A stretch of DNA of 64,000 nt from NCBI GenBank assembly GCA_963785725.1, contig CAWAWS010000037.1, positions 1-64,000 on the forward strand, given 5' to 3'. This DNA comes from an uncultured delta proteobacterium (GTDB lineage: Bacteria > Myxococcota_A > Polyangia > Palsa-1104). Numbering within the stretch: position 1 is the first letter of the stretch; every line of letters starts with the position of its first letter. Both the position numbers and the translations under genes were made by a program. Below are positions 9,975 through 19,736 of this stretch, in pieces. The notes under the pieces are model-generated. The model ran no database searches. It had not been told where the DNA came from and saw only the letters and a program-made list of their open reading frames with translations.

Positions 9975-11252
9975 TTAGTGCGTCGCGAGCCAGCTGGCCA
10001 GCGGACGCCACGCGAGCGCCGGCGCGTCGGTGGCGTAGAGCAGATCGCCGTGCCCGAAGTCCTCGGCCACGCGCGCGGCGCCGAAGCGGTGCACGACGAG
10101 CGTCGTGACGTCGGTCGACGAGACGCGCGTCGTCGAGTAGAGGCCGTGCGCGCCGAACGCGCCGGCGGCGCCGATGTAGATGAGCGGCACGCGGATGTTG
10201 GCGAGCGGCGCGCGTCCGGCCGAGCCGCCGCACCAAATGGCGTCGAGATCGGCGGCCTCGTGCTCCGACTGATGCGGCGGCGCGCCGGCGAACCAAGCGC
10301 TGACGGCGTCCTCCGTCGATTCGCGCAGCGCGGTCACGTTGCCGTCGCTGTCGAGGATGGGCGCGGCGAGATGATAGGCCGGCGTGTAAGGCGCGAATTG
10401 ATACGTCGTGCCGACGAACGTGAAGAGCGCGCCTTGGTTGGAGTAGGGCGGGAAGATCGGCGACGGATCGGCGGGCGCGCTGCGATCGAGCTGACCGGCG
10501 GCGACGAAGAGGCTGTTGTCGGAGTCGATCGTGCCGGCAGCGAGCGCGGCCGCTTCCGCCGACGCGTTGGCGCAGGCGAAGGCTTGCGCGTCGGCGTCGG
10601 CGGGCGCGAGATCGTAGTAGACGTCGAGGATGGCGAGCGCGTCGATGTGGCGGCCGTTGCCGGCGGCGTAGGCGTAGGCGAGCTCGCCGCCGTGCGAGAA
10701 GCCGGCGAGCGTGATGGGAGCGCCGTCGTCGTCGGTGATCGCGCGCGTGGCGCGGGCGAGCGCCAGCGCCGTCTCGATGTCGCCGAGCTCCTGCGCGACG
10801 CCCATGCTGCCCAAGTCGGAGATGTCACCGTCGCTGCTGGGCAGCGTCCAGCGGCGATCGACGCCCCAGACGTCGATGGCGCGCGCGGCCAAATAGGGGG
10901 CGAGGCCGGGCGCCGACGACGCCGGCGTGCCCAAGGTCGGCGTGAAATTCGTGACGAAATTCGCGAAGTCGCCGTGCAAGAGCATCACGGCGCGCGTCGT
11001 CGGCACGGGCACGCCCGGCGCACGCTCGCGCACGACGCGATGGACGCGCACGATGGCGTTCGCCGTCGCGCCCACGCGCACGTCCAGCTGGTAATGGTAG
11101 AGGTCGCCGACGAGGTGTTGCCGCGTCAGCGCCGGCGTCTTAGCCGCGACCGGAGCCGAATCGAGCGCCGTGGTGCCGTCGACTGCGGACATGGATGGGG
11201 CCGGCGACGTGCAACCGGCGACGAGCAGGAGCACTACAGCGGATCGGGACAT
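9975..11252 (-). CDS. Alpha/beta-hydrolase fold lipoprotein
   Basis: Lipobox LVAGC, MLLHGD, GFSHGG, FGHGD; AAGGGGG SD. Confidence 0.75.
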   Translation of the reverse strand: MSRSAVVLLLVAGCTSPAPSMSAVDGTTALDSAPVAAKTPALTRQHLVGDLYHYQLDVRVGATANAIVRVHRVVRERAPGVPVPTTRAVMLLHGDFANFVTNFTPTLGTPASSAPGLAPYLAARAIDVWGVDRRWTLPSSDGDISDLGSMGVAQELGDIETALALARATRAITDDDGAPITLAGFSHGGELAYAYAAGNGRHIDALAILDVYYDLAPADADAQAFACANASAEAAALAAGTIDSDNSLFVAAGQLDRSAPADPSPIFPPYSNQGALFTFVGTTYQFAPYTPAYHLAAPILDSDGNVTALRESTEDAVSAWFAGAPPHQSEHEAADLDAIWCGGSAGRAPLANIRVPLIYIGAAGAFGAHGLYSTTRVSSTDVTTLVVHRFGAARVAEDFGHGDLLYATDAPALAWRPLASWLATH

Positions 11253-11342
11253 GCGGACCCCCCTTTTGATGTGGGAGTTCGACACCGAGCGCCCGCCAAA
11301 GCGGCACGTCTACTCGTTAGAGATTTTGTGCGAGGGACGGCG

Positions 11343-12239
11343 CTACAGCTTGGGCGACGCGGGCGCGCCCATCGTGTGATAGCCCTTGTCGACGTAGATG
11401 GTGGTGCCGGTGATGCCGGCGGCGAGCGGGCTGCACAAGAACGCGGCGGTGTGGCCGACGTCGGTCGACGTGATCGCTTCGGGCAAGGGCGAGCTCTCCT
11501 TGCAGTGCTCGATCATCTTGTCGATGAAGCCGATGGCCGACGCCGCGCGCGACGCCCATGGGCCGGCCGAGATGACGTTCACGCGATGGCCCCACTTGCG
11601 GCCGGCTTCGAACGCCAGCACGCGCGTGTCCGACTCGAGCGCCGCTTTCGCCGACGACATGCCGCCGCCGTAGCCGGGCACGACGCGCTCGGCCGCCAAA
11701 TAGGTCAGCGACACGAACGAGCCGCCCGGCTTGACGAGCGGTCCGAGCCGCTGCACCAGCGACACGTTCGAGTAGGCCGAGACACCGACGGCGGCCAGGT
11801 AGCCTTTGCGCGAGACTTCGAGCAGCGGCTTCTTGACTTCGGGGCCGTTGGCGAGCGAGTGCACGACGATGTCGACGGCGGGCGTGCCGAAATCGGCGGC
11901 CAGCTTCTGCGCCAAGCCGTCGATGGTGAAGTCGCCCTGCTCGCGGTAGCGCTTCGAATCGCGCACGTCGGCGGGCACGTCGGCGAGCGTGTCGTAGTCG
12001 GCGTCGAGCGCGTAGATGCGTTCGAACTCGAGCTTGCCGCCGTTGCCGAGCTGGCGCGACTGGTCGAGCTTGCCGCGCTCGAGCAGCGTCTTGAAGATGC
12101 CGAGCGCCGGCGGCCAGGTGCCGGCGAAGATGGTGGCGCCGGCTTCGGCGAGCGCTTTGGCGATGGCGAACCCGAGGCCGTTGTCGTCGGCGATTCCGGC
12201 GACGAGCGCGCGTTTGCCGCGTAGATCGATGGCGAGCAT
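11343..12239 (-). CDS. fabI: Enoyl-ACP reductase, plant/chlamydia-type
   Basis: [44 protein letters not shown]. Confidence 0.9.
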   Translation of the reverse strand: MLAIDLRGKRALVAGIADDNGLGFAIAKALAEAGATIFAGTWPPALGIFKTLLERGKLDQSRQLGNGGKLEFERIYALDADYDTLADVPADVRDSKRYREQGDFTIDGLAQKLAADFGTPAVDIVVHSLANGPEVKKPLLEVSRKGYLAAVGVSAYSNVSLVQRLGPLVKPGGSFVSLTYLAAERVVPGYGGGMSSAKAALESDTRVLAFEAGRKWGHRVNVISAGPWASRAASAIGFIDKMIEHCKESSPLPEAITSTDVGHTAAFLCSPLAAGITGTTIYVDKGYHTMGAPASPKL

Positions 12240-12339
12240 GGCGCGCACTGTTCCGCGCTCGCCTGGTCATGTCAAGCGGCGCTGGACATCGGTGATCGCG
12301 GGCACTGCCGAGCCGCATCGCGCTCGCTATGCTGTGCGG

Positions 12340-12657
12340 ATGAGCTGGAAACGCCTACGCCGCGTTTTGCGATCGCTCTGGCTGTCGTTGCTGCCGATCG
12401 TGTGGATCGGCTGTGGCAACAAAGATCCGACCGGCTGCGGACCGACGATCACGCCGAAGAGCTACACCGTGTCGGCCACGCTCGTCGACGACGGCGGCAC
12501 GCGCACGTTCCTGCCCGGCGTCGACATCTCGTTCGCGGACTGCGACGAGCTGTGCGGCGGAGGGCCGCCCGTCGGCGTCAGCTGCAAAGCCGAAATCGGC
12601 CAAGGCGGCGCGCCCGTCGTCGTCTGCCAGCCCGGGTCTTACAACAACTGCGTTTGA
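12340..12657 (+). CDS. Cys-rich hypothetical lipoprotein
   Basis: Basic N-terminus, hydrophobic stretch, WIGC lipobox, six further Cys; TATGCT 6 nt upstream. Confidence 0.6.
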   Translation: MSWKRLRRVLRSLWLSLLPIVWIGCGNKDPTGCGPTITPKSYTVSATLVDDGGTRTFLPGVDISFADCDELCGGGPPVGVSCKAEIGQGGAPVVVCQPGSYNNCV

Positions 12658-12660
12658 GGC

Positions 12661-13362
12661 TCAGGTTTTTTCGAGGATGACGACGCCGCGCGCCGCGAAC
12701 TGACGCAAGAGGCCGCGCAAGCGCCGCTGCTCGCCGCCCGAGCGGCAGCTGAACTCGACGCCGAAGGCGCTGTCGGCCGAGCGCTGCCGGCGATGGCGCA
12801 CGACGCCGGTGACGACGAGGTCGAGCCCGGCCGTGCGCATGCGCAGCGAGACCTGCTCGGCGATGGCCGGCGCCGGCTGCGGCGACGTGATGAGGATGCC
12901 GCCGCCCGACAGATCGGCGGCGACGCCTTCGTTCATGACCAAGCTGCCGAACGCGCGCCACTCGAGCGGCACGCGCACGCAGTAGCGACGATGGCGGCGC
13001 AGATGCACCGCTTGCGGCTCGTCACGCGCGGCGCGCAAGAGATAGTCGCGCGCCGGCGCTTCGTCGGGATGCAGCCGCGCGACGAGGCCGAGCCGGCGCA
13101 CCGAGACGCGCGCGCGCACGAACACCGGATTCGGCAGGCCGGGCCAGCCGATCTCGAGCACGAGCTCGGCGCGACCACGCGGTCGGGCGCGCGTCACCAG
13201 CGTCAGCTCGCCGGCGTCACCGTCGTCGTGAAAGCAGTGCAGGAAGTCGGCACCGCTGGCGAACGCGGCCACGACGATGGGCGTGCCCGTCAAGTGGTCG
13301 CCGAGAGAGCTGGGATCGGCGAGCTGAATCCGCGCCCCTAAGCTTCCCGAGGTTGATGCCAT
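12661..13362 (-). CDS. PilZ-domain protein
   Basis: RRHRR and DLSGGG c-di-GMP motifs, FGVEF; N-terminal half also PilZ-like. Confidence 0.85.
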   Translation of the reverse strand: MASTSGSLGARIQLADPSSLGDHLTGTPIVVAAFASGADFLHCFHDDGDAGELTLVTRARPRGRAELVLEIGWPGLPNPVFVRARVSVRRLGLVARLHPDEAPARDYLLRAARDEPQAVHLRRHRRYCVRVPLEWRAFGSLVMNEGVAADLSGGGILITSPQPAPAIAEQVSLRMRTAGLDLVVTGVVRHRRQRSADSAFGVEFSCRSGGEQRRLRGLLRQFAARGVVILEKT

Positions 13363-13448
13363 GCGTCAATGTTACGGCTCGCGTTCGCAGAGTTTCAATG
13401 CGTAAGACTGGTAAGCAAGATCGCGTCGAGAGTTGAAACCGTACGAAT

Positions 13449-14594
13449 TCAGCGGTCGTCGAGCGGCGGCGCGATGTCCGTGCGCTTCTTGCCCTTGTGC
13501 GGCAGGTCGGCCTCGAGCGCGGCCAGATAGTCGACGGGCTTATCGAGCGGAATCTGCATCGACGGCACGTCGCCCAGCTGCCGCACGCGCGCCGCGAACG
13601 CGATGAGCAGCTCGCGCGCTGCCGGCAGCGCGCCCAGCTGCGGAATGTCCTGCTCGGTGAGAAGCTCGGCCAATTTCAGGGCCGTCGAACGTCGCAGCCG
13701 CGCGCGCCGCAGCAGATCCTGCAGCGAATTGCGCAGCGAATCGACGGTGTAGCCGTGGCGATCGACCATCTCCAGCGCCACGCGCACGACCGACGGCGCC
13801 GACAGCTGCCCGTCTTCGAGCATCACCAGCGCCGCTTGGAAGTAGTTGAAGATGGGCACGAGCCGCGCGCCATACCGATCGAAGCGCGACACCGGCGAGC
13901 GACGGTCGAGATGAATGAAGATGCGCTCGACCGCGTCGCCCGTCGGCAGCGCTTCGGCGAGCGTCACGGCGCGCTGCGCGTCGTCGTCGTAGGCGCCGGC
14001 GCGTTCGAGGATCTCCTCGAGCAGGCGGCGCTTGACGTGGCCGGCGATGATGTCGCCGTAGAGCGAGTAGATGAAGCCGTCGGCCTCGGCGTCGTCGCCG
14101 AAGCAGGTCTCGCGCGTCTCCGGCGGCAGGCCGGCGCGACCGGCGAGCAGCGCCGGCAGCTTGTAGCCGACCTGCTCGCGCATGGCGCGGAAGCGGCCGG
14201 TCAACATGTTGCGCAGGTTGGGCTTCAAGATGAACTCGTCGAACTCGACGCCGTCGAGGCGCAGCTTCTTCGTCAGCACGCGGCGCATCTGCCGCGGCGA
14301 GCCGGAGATGAAGCAGATGCGCGCGCCGCCGCCCGCGCGCAGCTCGCGCAACAGCACCGACGCGCCGGGGATCGAGACCTTGGCCTCGGCGCCTTCGAAC
14401 GCCGAGCGCAACAGCTGCTTGAGCGTGTCGAACTCGGTCTTCAAGTAGGTCTTGTCGAGGTCCCAGCGATAGACGTGACGCGGCGGCGGCGAGATCGTGG
14501 CCGGCGGCTTGGCCGCGAGCAGCGACGGGCCGCCCGGTGCGACCGGGTGCCGGCGATCTTTGTCGCGCCGCCGCTCTTTGTCCTCGCGCGCCAT
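13449..14594 (-). CDS. App1/DUF2183-like HAD phosphatase (putative phosphatidate phosphatase)
   Basis: WDLDKT (DxDxT), FISGSP, FGDDAEAD. Confidence 0.75.
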   Translation of the reverse strand: MAREDKERRRDKDRRHPVAPGGPSLLAAKPPATISPPPRHVYRWDLDKTYLKTEFDTLKQLLRSAFEGAEAKVSIPGASVLLRELRAGGGARICFISGSPRQMRRVLTKKLRLDGVEFDEFILKPNLRNMLTGRFRAMREQVGYKLPALLAGRAGLPPETRETCFGDDAEADGFIYSLYGDIIAGHVKRRLLEEILERAGAYDDDAQRAVTLAEALPTGDAVERIFIHLDRRSPVSRFDRYGARLVPIFNYFQAALVMLEDGQLSAPSVVRVALEMVDRHGYTVDSLRNSLQDLLRRARLRRSTALKLAELLTEQDIPQLGALPAARELLIAFAARVRQLGDVPSMQIPLDKPVDYLAALEADLPHKGKKRTDIAPPLDDR

Positions 14595-14611
14595 CGGTGC
14601 CGGCGATCGTA

Positions 14612-15680
14612 TCAGCTGGAGCGTCGTTCGGCGAATGCCCGCAGCGCGTTTTCGATGTCGTGCGACAAGCCCGCCTGCACGGCCTTGGCGGCGACCTTGG
14701 CGGCGTTGGCGACGGCGCGACCGTGCGAGCGGCCGTGCGCCTTGATGAACAGCTTGTCGAAGCCCAACACCGGCGCGCCGCCGTATTGCTCCCAGTCGGT
14801 GACCTCTTTCAAGCGGCTGATGCCGCCCGAGAGCATGGCCAAGCCGGCGCGCCACAGAGATCTTCTCTTTCGACGCGTAATGGGCGACGCGAACGATGGT
14901 CTCGGACACGCCTTCGAGCATCTTGATGACGACGTTGCCGACGAAGCCGGAGCAGACGACGACGTCGGCGGTGCCGCGCGGAATGTCGACGCCCTCGACG
15001 TTGCCGACGAAGTTGATGTCGGTGGCTTCGGTCAAGAGGCGATGGGCTTCGACGATCTCGGGCGGGCCTTTGCCGGCTTCGGCGCCGTTCGACAAGAGCG
15101 CGACGCGTGGGCGCGGATTCTTGGACACGCGCGACGCGTAGGCCGAGCCCATGATGGCGAAGGTGACGAGATCCTCGGCGGAGACTTCGAGCGTCGCGCC
15201 CACGTCGAGGATGAGCGAGAACGGATCGTCCTTCTCGCCGCGGCGGATCTCGGTCGGGTAGACGCTGGCGAGCGCGGCGCGGCGCACGCCGGGGATCTTC
15301 TTCCACGTGCGCGAGCAGGCCAGCACCGACGCGCCGGTGTTGCCGGCCGAGACGAGCGCGTCGGCGGCGCCGTCGGCGACCAGCTGCGCGGCGACGAGGA
15401 TCGACGCGTCCGGATGCTCGTCGAGCGCCGCCTGCGGCTTCTCCCACATCTTGACCGCTTCGGGCGCGTGGTGGACCGAGATGCGCTCGGGATCGTGGCG
15501 CTCCTTCGACAGCAGCGCGCCGATGCGCTCCCCGTCGCCGACGAGCAACACCTGAATGTGCCCGGCTTCGAGTGACAGCTGCGCGACGCCGCGCACGATC
15601 TCGTCCGGCGCGTGATCGCCGCCCATCGCGTCGACGGCAACAGTGACCGACTGATTCCCGACCGGGGCGCGCGGATCCAT
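14612..15680 (-). CDS. plsX: Phosphate acyltransferase PlsX, frameshifted near 14860
   Basis: AVDAMGGDHAP, SAGNTGA, GFVGNV; C-terminus YGGAPVLG/KAHG in another frame (14612-14842). Confidence 0.9.
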
Positions 15681-15777
15681 CGTCAGCGCGCAGAACCTAT
15701 CATGTTCGGCTGGCCCAAAAGCGCGCAAAGCGCGCGTCGGCCGGAGTCCGGCCGCGGCAGGCATCGTGCGCGCTGAG

Positions 15778-16149
15778 TCAGCTCATGAGCTGCGCCAGAT
15801 CGGGCGGCAGCGACTCGAGGACCTGCTCGATCGCCACCATCGGCTCCAGCGCTTCGCGCACGACGCTCAGCACCGCCGTGGCCGCCGCTTCGGCGTCTTC
15901 GTCGTCGACGTCGAGGCGCGTGGCCAGCGCTTCGAGCAGCTCGTCGCGCTGCAGCGTGCCGTCGCCGTGCGCCCCGGCCAAGAGGTCGCCCAGCTCCTCG
16001 GGCAGCTCGGCGCCGAGCTCGACCGCTTCGTCGGGCGTGAGCCGCTCGGCCAGCGCCGTCAACACCGCATGCACGACCGCCGCGCCGTCGGTCGCGATGC
16101 CGTCGGGTAAACGCGCTTCCACCTTGGCGTACAGCTCAGCCGTATCCAT
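15778..16149 (-). CDS. DUF2267-like protein
   Basis: AVLTALAERLTPDEAVELGAELP, AVLSVVREAL; AGGAG SD. Confidence 0.75.
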   Translation of the reverse strand: MDTAELYAKVEARLPDGIATDGAAVVHAVLTALAERLTPDEAVELGAELPEELGDLLAGAHGDGTLQRDELLEALATRLDVDDEDAEAAATAVLSVVREALEPMVAIEQVLESLPPDLAQLMS

Positions 16150-16217
16150 TCGGATCTCCTGTTGCTCGTGACTTAAGCGCGGAGAAGCGCGTGGGAAGCG
16201 GCGATCGGCACTTGCGC

Positions 16218-16233
16218 TGGCACATCGGCTGCA
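16218..16233 (+). promoter_or_regulatory. Sigma54 promoter
   Basis: TGGCACATCGGCTGCA, 40 nt upstream of ATG 16273. Confidence 0.65.
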
Positions 16234-16272
16234 CAAGTCACCGATCCGCCCAACGCAAAAAGGAGCTGACCC

Positions 16273-16524
16273 ATGGCTTGCCCACACTTCGAAGACGGAC
16301 GACTCGCGCGTTGCACCGCCGTCTCGGGGCAGCACATCCCGACCTGCCACGAGCGCGAACGTTACTGCCGCAGCGACGAGAACGGCAGCTGTCCGACCTA
16401 CCGCTTGGTGCAGCTGCGCGGCGCGCCGCTGCCGGAAGAGGTGTACTACGCGCTGTGGCTCGCGCCCGTCCCGACCGCGCTGACGAGCGTCGAGGACACG
16501 CAGCCGATCCCGCTGTCACTGTAA
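16273..16524 (+). CDS. Small Cys-rich hypothetical protein (83 aa)
   Basis: AAGGAG SD; CPHF...C...C...YC...CPTY. Confidence 0.7.
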   Translation: MACPHFEDGRLARCTAVSGQHIPTCHERERYCRSDENGSCPTYRLVQLRGAPLPEEVYYALWLAPVPTALTSVEDTQPIPLSL

Positions 16525-16598
16525 CGATTGTGTACATGAATGCGGCTGGCGCCGAAGCCGACGGGCAATTCCTTCCACCGGCGAATAACGTACGAGCG

Positions 16599-17360
16599 CT
16601 ATGGTTGCATGGTCGTACCAGCGGGCGGGAACGGCGACATGTTGATGTTGACCGACAGCGGAAACGGCTGCGACGTGATGACCGCCGAGCCCGCGCCGAC
16701 GCTGGGCGTTCCGGCGGGCAGTAGGCCGGTCGCCGCCGCGAAGCCGCTCGCCGACGTCGCCGTGCCGGCGGTCGAGGCCGCGCCGTTACTGCCCGTCACC
16801 GGCGCGCGCTCGATGCGCGCCACGGTCTCGGCGTCGAGGTTGCCGGTCGAGGGCAGGCTCTGCAGCTGCTGATATTCGGCGATCGATGCGCGCAACGCCG
16901 CCGAGTTGATGCCGTCGATGGGGCCGGTGTACAAGCCGCCCGCCGCCAACGCCGCCTGCACGCTCGAGAGCTGCTCGGCGTTGCCGCTCACCGACGGCCG
17001 AATCTGGTTGTTCAGCTGCGGGCTGAAGCCGTTGCCGACGGTGTTGGTCGCCAGCGGCTGCGGAATCTCGCTCGCCGGCACGCCTTGTTCGGCGGCGGAT
17101 TGCGTCACCGATTGCGGCGGCGGCGGCGGCAACGCCGTGCCGTTGCTGCCGGTCGTCGCGGTGAAGGGCGTGTTGCTGCCGTTGAAGCTGCTCGCCGACG
17201 TGGCCGTGGTGCCGACCGTCGGGCCGCTGCCGGCGACGGGGCTGGCCGTGCGCGTCGGTGCCGTTGGCGTCACGACCACGGCCGGCGTGACGCCGCCTTT
17301 GGCCCACGCGGCGACGGGAACGGCGAGCGCCAAGAACGCGATGACGATGGTTCTACGCAT
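16599..17360 (-). CDS. Secreted peptidoglycan-binding domain protein with Thr/Ser/Pro-rich linkers
   Basis: Signal peptide; VQAAL...YTGPIDGI...AIAEYQ-like, LPSTGNLDAET PG_binding_1 signature. Confidence 0.85.
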   Translation of the reverse strand: MRRTIVIAFLALAVPVAAWAKGGVTPAVVVTPTAPTRTASPVAGSGPTVGTTATSASSFNGSNTPFTATTGSNGTALPPPPPQSVTQSAAEQGVPASEIPQPLATNTVGNGFSPQLNNQIRPSVSGNAEQLSSVQAALAAGGLYTGPIDGINSAALRASIAEYQQLQSLPSTGNLDAETVARIERAPVTGSNGAASTAGTATSASGFAAATGLLPAGTPSVGAGSAVITSQPFPLSVNINMSPFPPAGTTMQP

Positions 17361-17372
17361 GCTCGCCGAGGG

Positions 17373-17388
17373 TGCGAACGTCGTGCCG
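17373..17388 (-). promoter_or_regulatory. Putative sigma54 promoter; predicted start site lies near the ATG
   Basis: CGGCACGACGTTCGCA on minus strand. Confidence 0.45.
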
Positions 17389-17435
17389 CGCGGGCGTGCC
17401 GATCGTCCGTGCCGCGCGCGCGTCGAGCGGGTCGC

Positions 17436-19736
17436 TCAGCCCGTGACGGCGCCGAGCGGCGCGTGCTGGAGCACGGTCGGCTCGGGCGCGACGAGGCGTG
17501 GCGGCGAGGGCGCGAGCAGCTTCGGTGGCGCGCCCTTGCCGTTCGCCGGCAGCGGCGGCATGCCCGGACCGATCGGCTTCGGCGGCGGCGGCGGTGACGG
17601 TTGCGGCGGCGCCGGCTCGGTCAGCTCGGCCTCGACGTCCCACGGTCCCGGCAGCAGCGTCACCTCGTCGACGTAGAGCTGACCGCGCTGCCAACGCGAC
17701 GGCGGCGGCAGGCTCGCCGACGGCGCGACGCTCGCCAGCGGCTTGCCCGCGCGCGACAAGCGATAGCGCAGCTGTCCGCGCTCGGCGCCGTCGGCGATGA
17801 AGGCGACGACGAGCTTGCCGTCGCGCTTGCCGGCGGCGATGACGCGCGCCGCGCCCAGCCGCGCGTCGAGCGGCGGCAGCCCGGCGAGGATGCGCTGCTC
17901 GATCGTGTGCGCCTCTTCGGTCTGACCGCGCGCTTGCAAGAGATTGCGATAGCAGGGCAACAGCTTGGCGTCGGTCACCGGCGGCAGCTCCTCGTCGGTG
18001 GCGACGGGCACGCCGTGGGCGACGGCGGCGCACTCGCCGGGCAGATAGACGCGACGCACCAGCGCCAACGGCGGATACTTATGCGACACGAAATAGCGGT
18101 AGGCCCACGTCATCGGCTGCGGCGCGAACGTAAACGACTGCGCCAAAGGCTTATCGGAGCGCAGATCGACCATCGTGAAGTTGTCGAAGAACGTCACCGG
18201 ATGTTGGGCGATGAGCCGCTCGTAGATGGCGCGCTCGCTGTTCGACAGTAAGTGTTCGTCGAAGATCAGCACCGAATGCGCGCGCTGCGGCAACTTGTCC
18301 ACTTGCGACAGGTTCTGGATCTCGTCGTAGTTGCGATCGATGTAATACCAAAATTCCTTACGCGCGCCGAGATGCGGGTAATGAATGATGACGCGCTCTT
18401 TGTCGCTGGTGCGCGCGTGCACTTCGGCGGCGAAGCGCAGCTTCTGCTGCTCCGGCGAATAATGCTGCTCGCCGTGGGTTCCCATGAGCACGCGGCTCTC
18501 GAGGAGGTTGTCCCAGGTATGCGGGACTTCGGCGCCCAAATAGACGCAGAGCAGCGTCGTGGCGACGAGCGCCGGCAGCCAGAACGGCGTCCGTCCGACG
18601 AGCGCGCGCGCGGCGAAGTAACTGTCGCTAATCAAGTCGGTGATCGCGAGCGCGAAGAACGAGGAATAGAAGAAGACGCGATAGAGGTGCACCGAGGAGC
18701 CCTCGGCGAACATATAAATGTAAATGGTATTGATATAGAGGAACGTCAATATGGCGATATCGCGACGGCGCGCGCGGCCGGTGGCGACGCGGGCGAGCCA
18801 CAGGACGAACCAAATGGCGCCGGCGAACACCGGCGGTTTGCCGTAGAGGATATCGACCCATTGCACGTGGCGATCGATGACGTATTGCGCCGACGGCGGC
18901 GAATGACGAATGCGATAACTGTCGAGGAACTCTTCCCAGGCGCCGGCGTGATGGGTGAACCAGATATGGAACGCCATCATGAGCACGCAGGCGGTTCCGG
19001 TGACGAGGATATGCAGTAAGAGCGCGTTCCAGCGGCCGAGCTTGAGCGTGCGGCCGCGCGCGGTGAACAAGAGATAGCCGAGTGAATGAAGGGCGATGAA
19101 GGGGCCGATGAAATAGGCCTCCCACATGATCAAGCCGCCCAAGGCATAAGCGAAAAAGGCGTGCCACAGCGCGCGTTCGGTCGGCTTATCGAGGATCGAG
19201 AGATACGCGGTCAGCGACCAGAGGACGCAGGCCATCGCCGGCAGCATCGGATCCGAGAGCACGCTGAATGACGCCAGCACCGGTAAGCAGACATAGACGA
19301 TGACGGCGACGAGACCGGCTTCGCGCGACCAATTGCGCTTGACCAACACGTAGAGCGCCCATAACGCCAGATAGCCGCCGCAGACGGCCAGGCCGCGCGC
19401 GAGCCACTCGTGATCGCCGAATATGGGGATGAGCAGCGTCAATAAGTGGTGATAGCCGATGGGGTGGTGGAAATAGAGCGCATTGGACGGCGGCTTTTCG
19501 AAGCCGCCCCACGTCGCCGGCGCCAGCATGTGCAAGCGCAGCGACATACGCGCGCGCAGCATATAGGTCGCGCCGTGATAGCCGTGATGTCCCCACCAAA
19601 ACGGCGCCGCGATCCCGAAGAATGAATAGAGCGAATAAAACGCAGTCGCCAGCGCCAGGCCGACGCGCACCGGCCATTGGGGACGCGCGTTCGCGTTTAC
19701 AGCGGGCGCGCCGACGCGCGATTCCGGCTCGCTCAT
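17436..19736 (-). CDS. ArnT/PMT-family (GT-C) membrane glycosyltransferase with Pro-rich tail
   Basis: YFHHPIG...FGDHEWLAR motif, many TM helices. Confidence 0.8.
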   Translation of the reverse strand: MSEPESRVGAPAVNANARPQWPVRVGLALATAFYSLYSFFGIAAPFWWGHHGYHGATYMLRARMSLRLHMLAPATWGGFEKPPSNALYFHHPIGYHHLLTLLIPIFGDHEWLARGLAVCGGYLALWALYVLVKRNWSREAGLVAVIVYVCLPVLASFSVLSDPMLPAMACVLWSLTAYLSILDKPTERALWHAFFAYALGGLIMWEAYFIGPFIALHSLGYLLFTARGRTLKLGRWNALLLHILVTGTACVLMMAFHIWFTHHAGAWEEFLDSYRIRHSPPSAQYVIDRHVQWVDILYGKPPVFAGAIWFVLWLARVATGRARRRDIAILTFLYINTIYIYMFAEGSSVHLYRVFFYSSFFALAITDLISDSYFAARALVGRTPFWLPALVATTLLCVYLGAEVPHTWDNLLESRVLMGTHGEQHYSPEQQKLRFAAEVHARTSDKERVIIHYPHLGARKEFWYYIDRNYDEIQNLSQVDKLPQRAHSVLIFDEHLLSNSERAIYERLIAQHPVTFFDNFTMVDLRSDKPLAQSFTFAPQPMTWAYRYFVSHKYPPLALVRRVYLPGECAAVAHGVPVATDEELPPVTDAKLLPCYRNLLQARGQTEEAHTIEQRILAGLPPLDARLGAARVIAAGKRDGKLVVAFIADGAERGQLRYRLSRAGKPLASVAPSASLPPPSRWQRGQLYVDEVTLLPGPWDVEAELTEPAPPQPSPPPPPKPIGPGMPPLPANGKGAPPKLLAPSPPRLVAPEPTVLQHAPLGAVTG

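Noticed and set aside
13392..13439. GTTTCAA...TTGAAAC resembling CRISPR repeat ends
   Set aside because: Single copy, no spacers and no cas genes
13449..15764. 771-aa PlsX-phosphatase fusion in the ORF track
   Set aside because: It arises from one extra base near 14860; the real PlsX C-terminus is intact in another frame with its own stop at 14612
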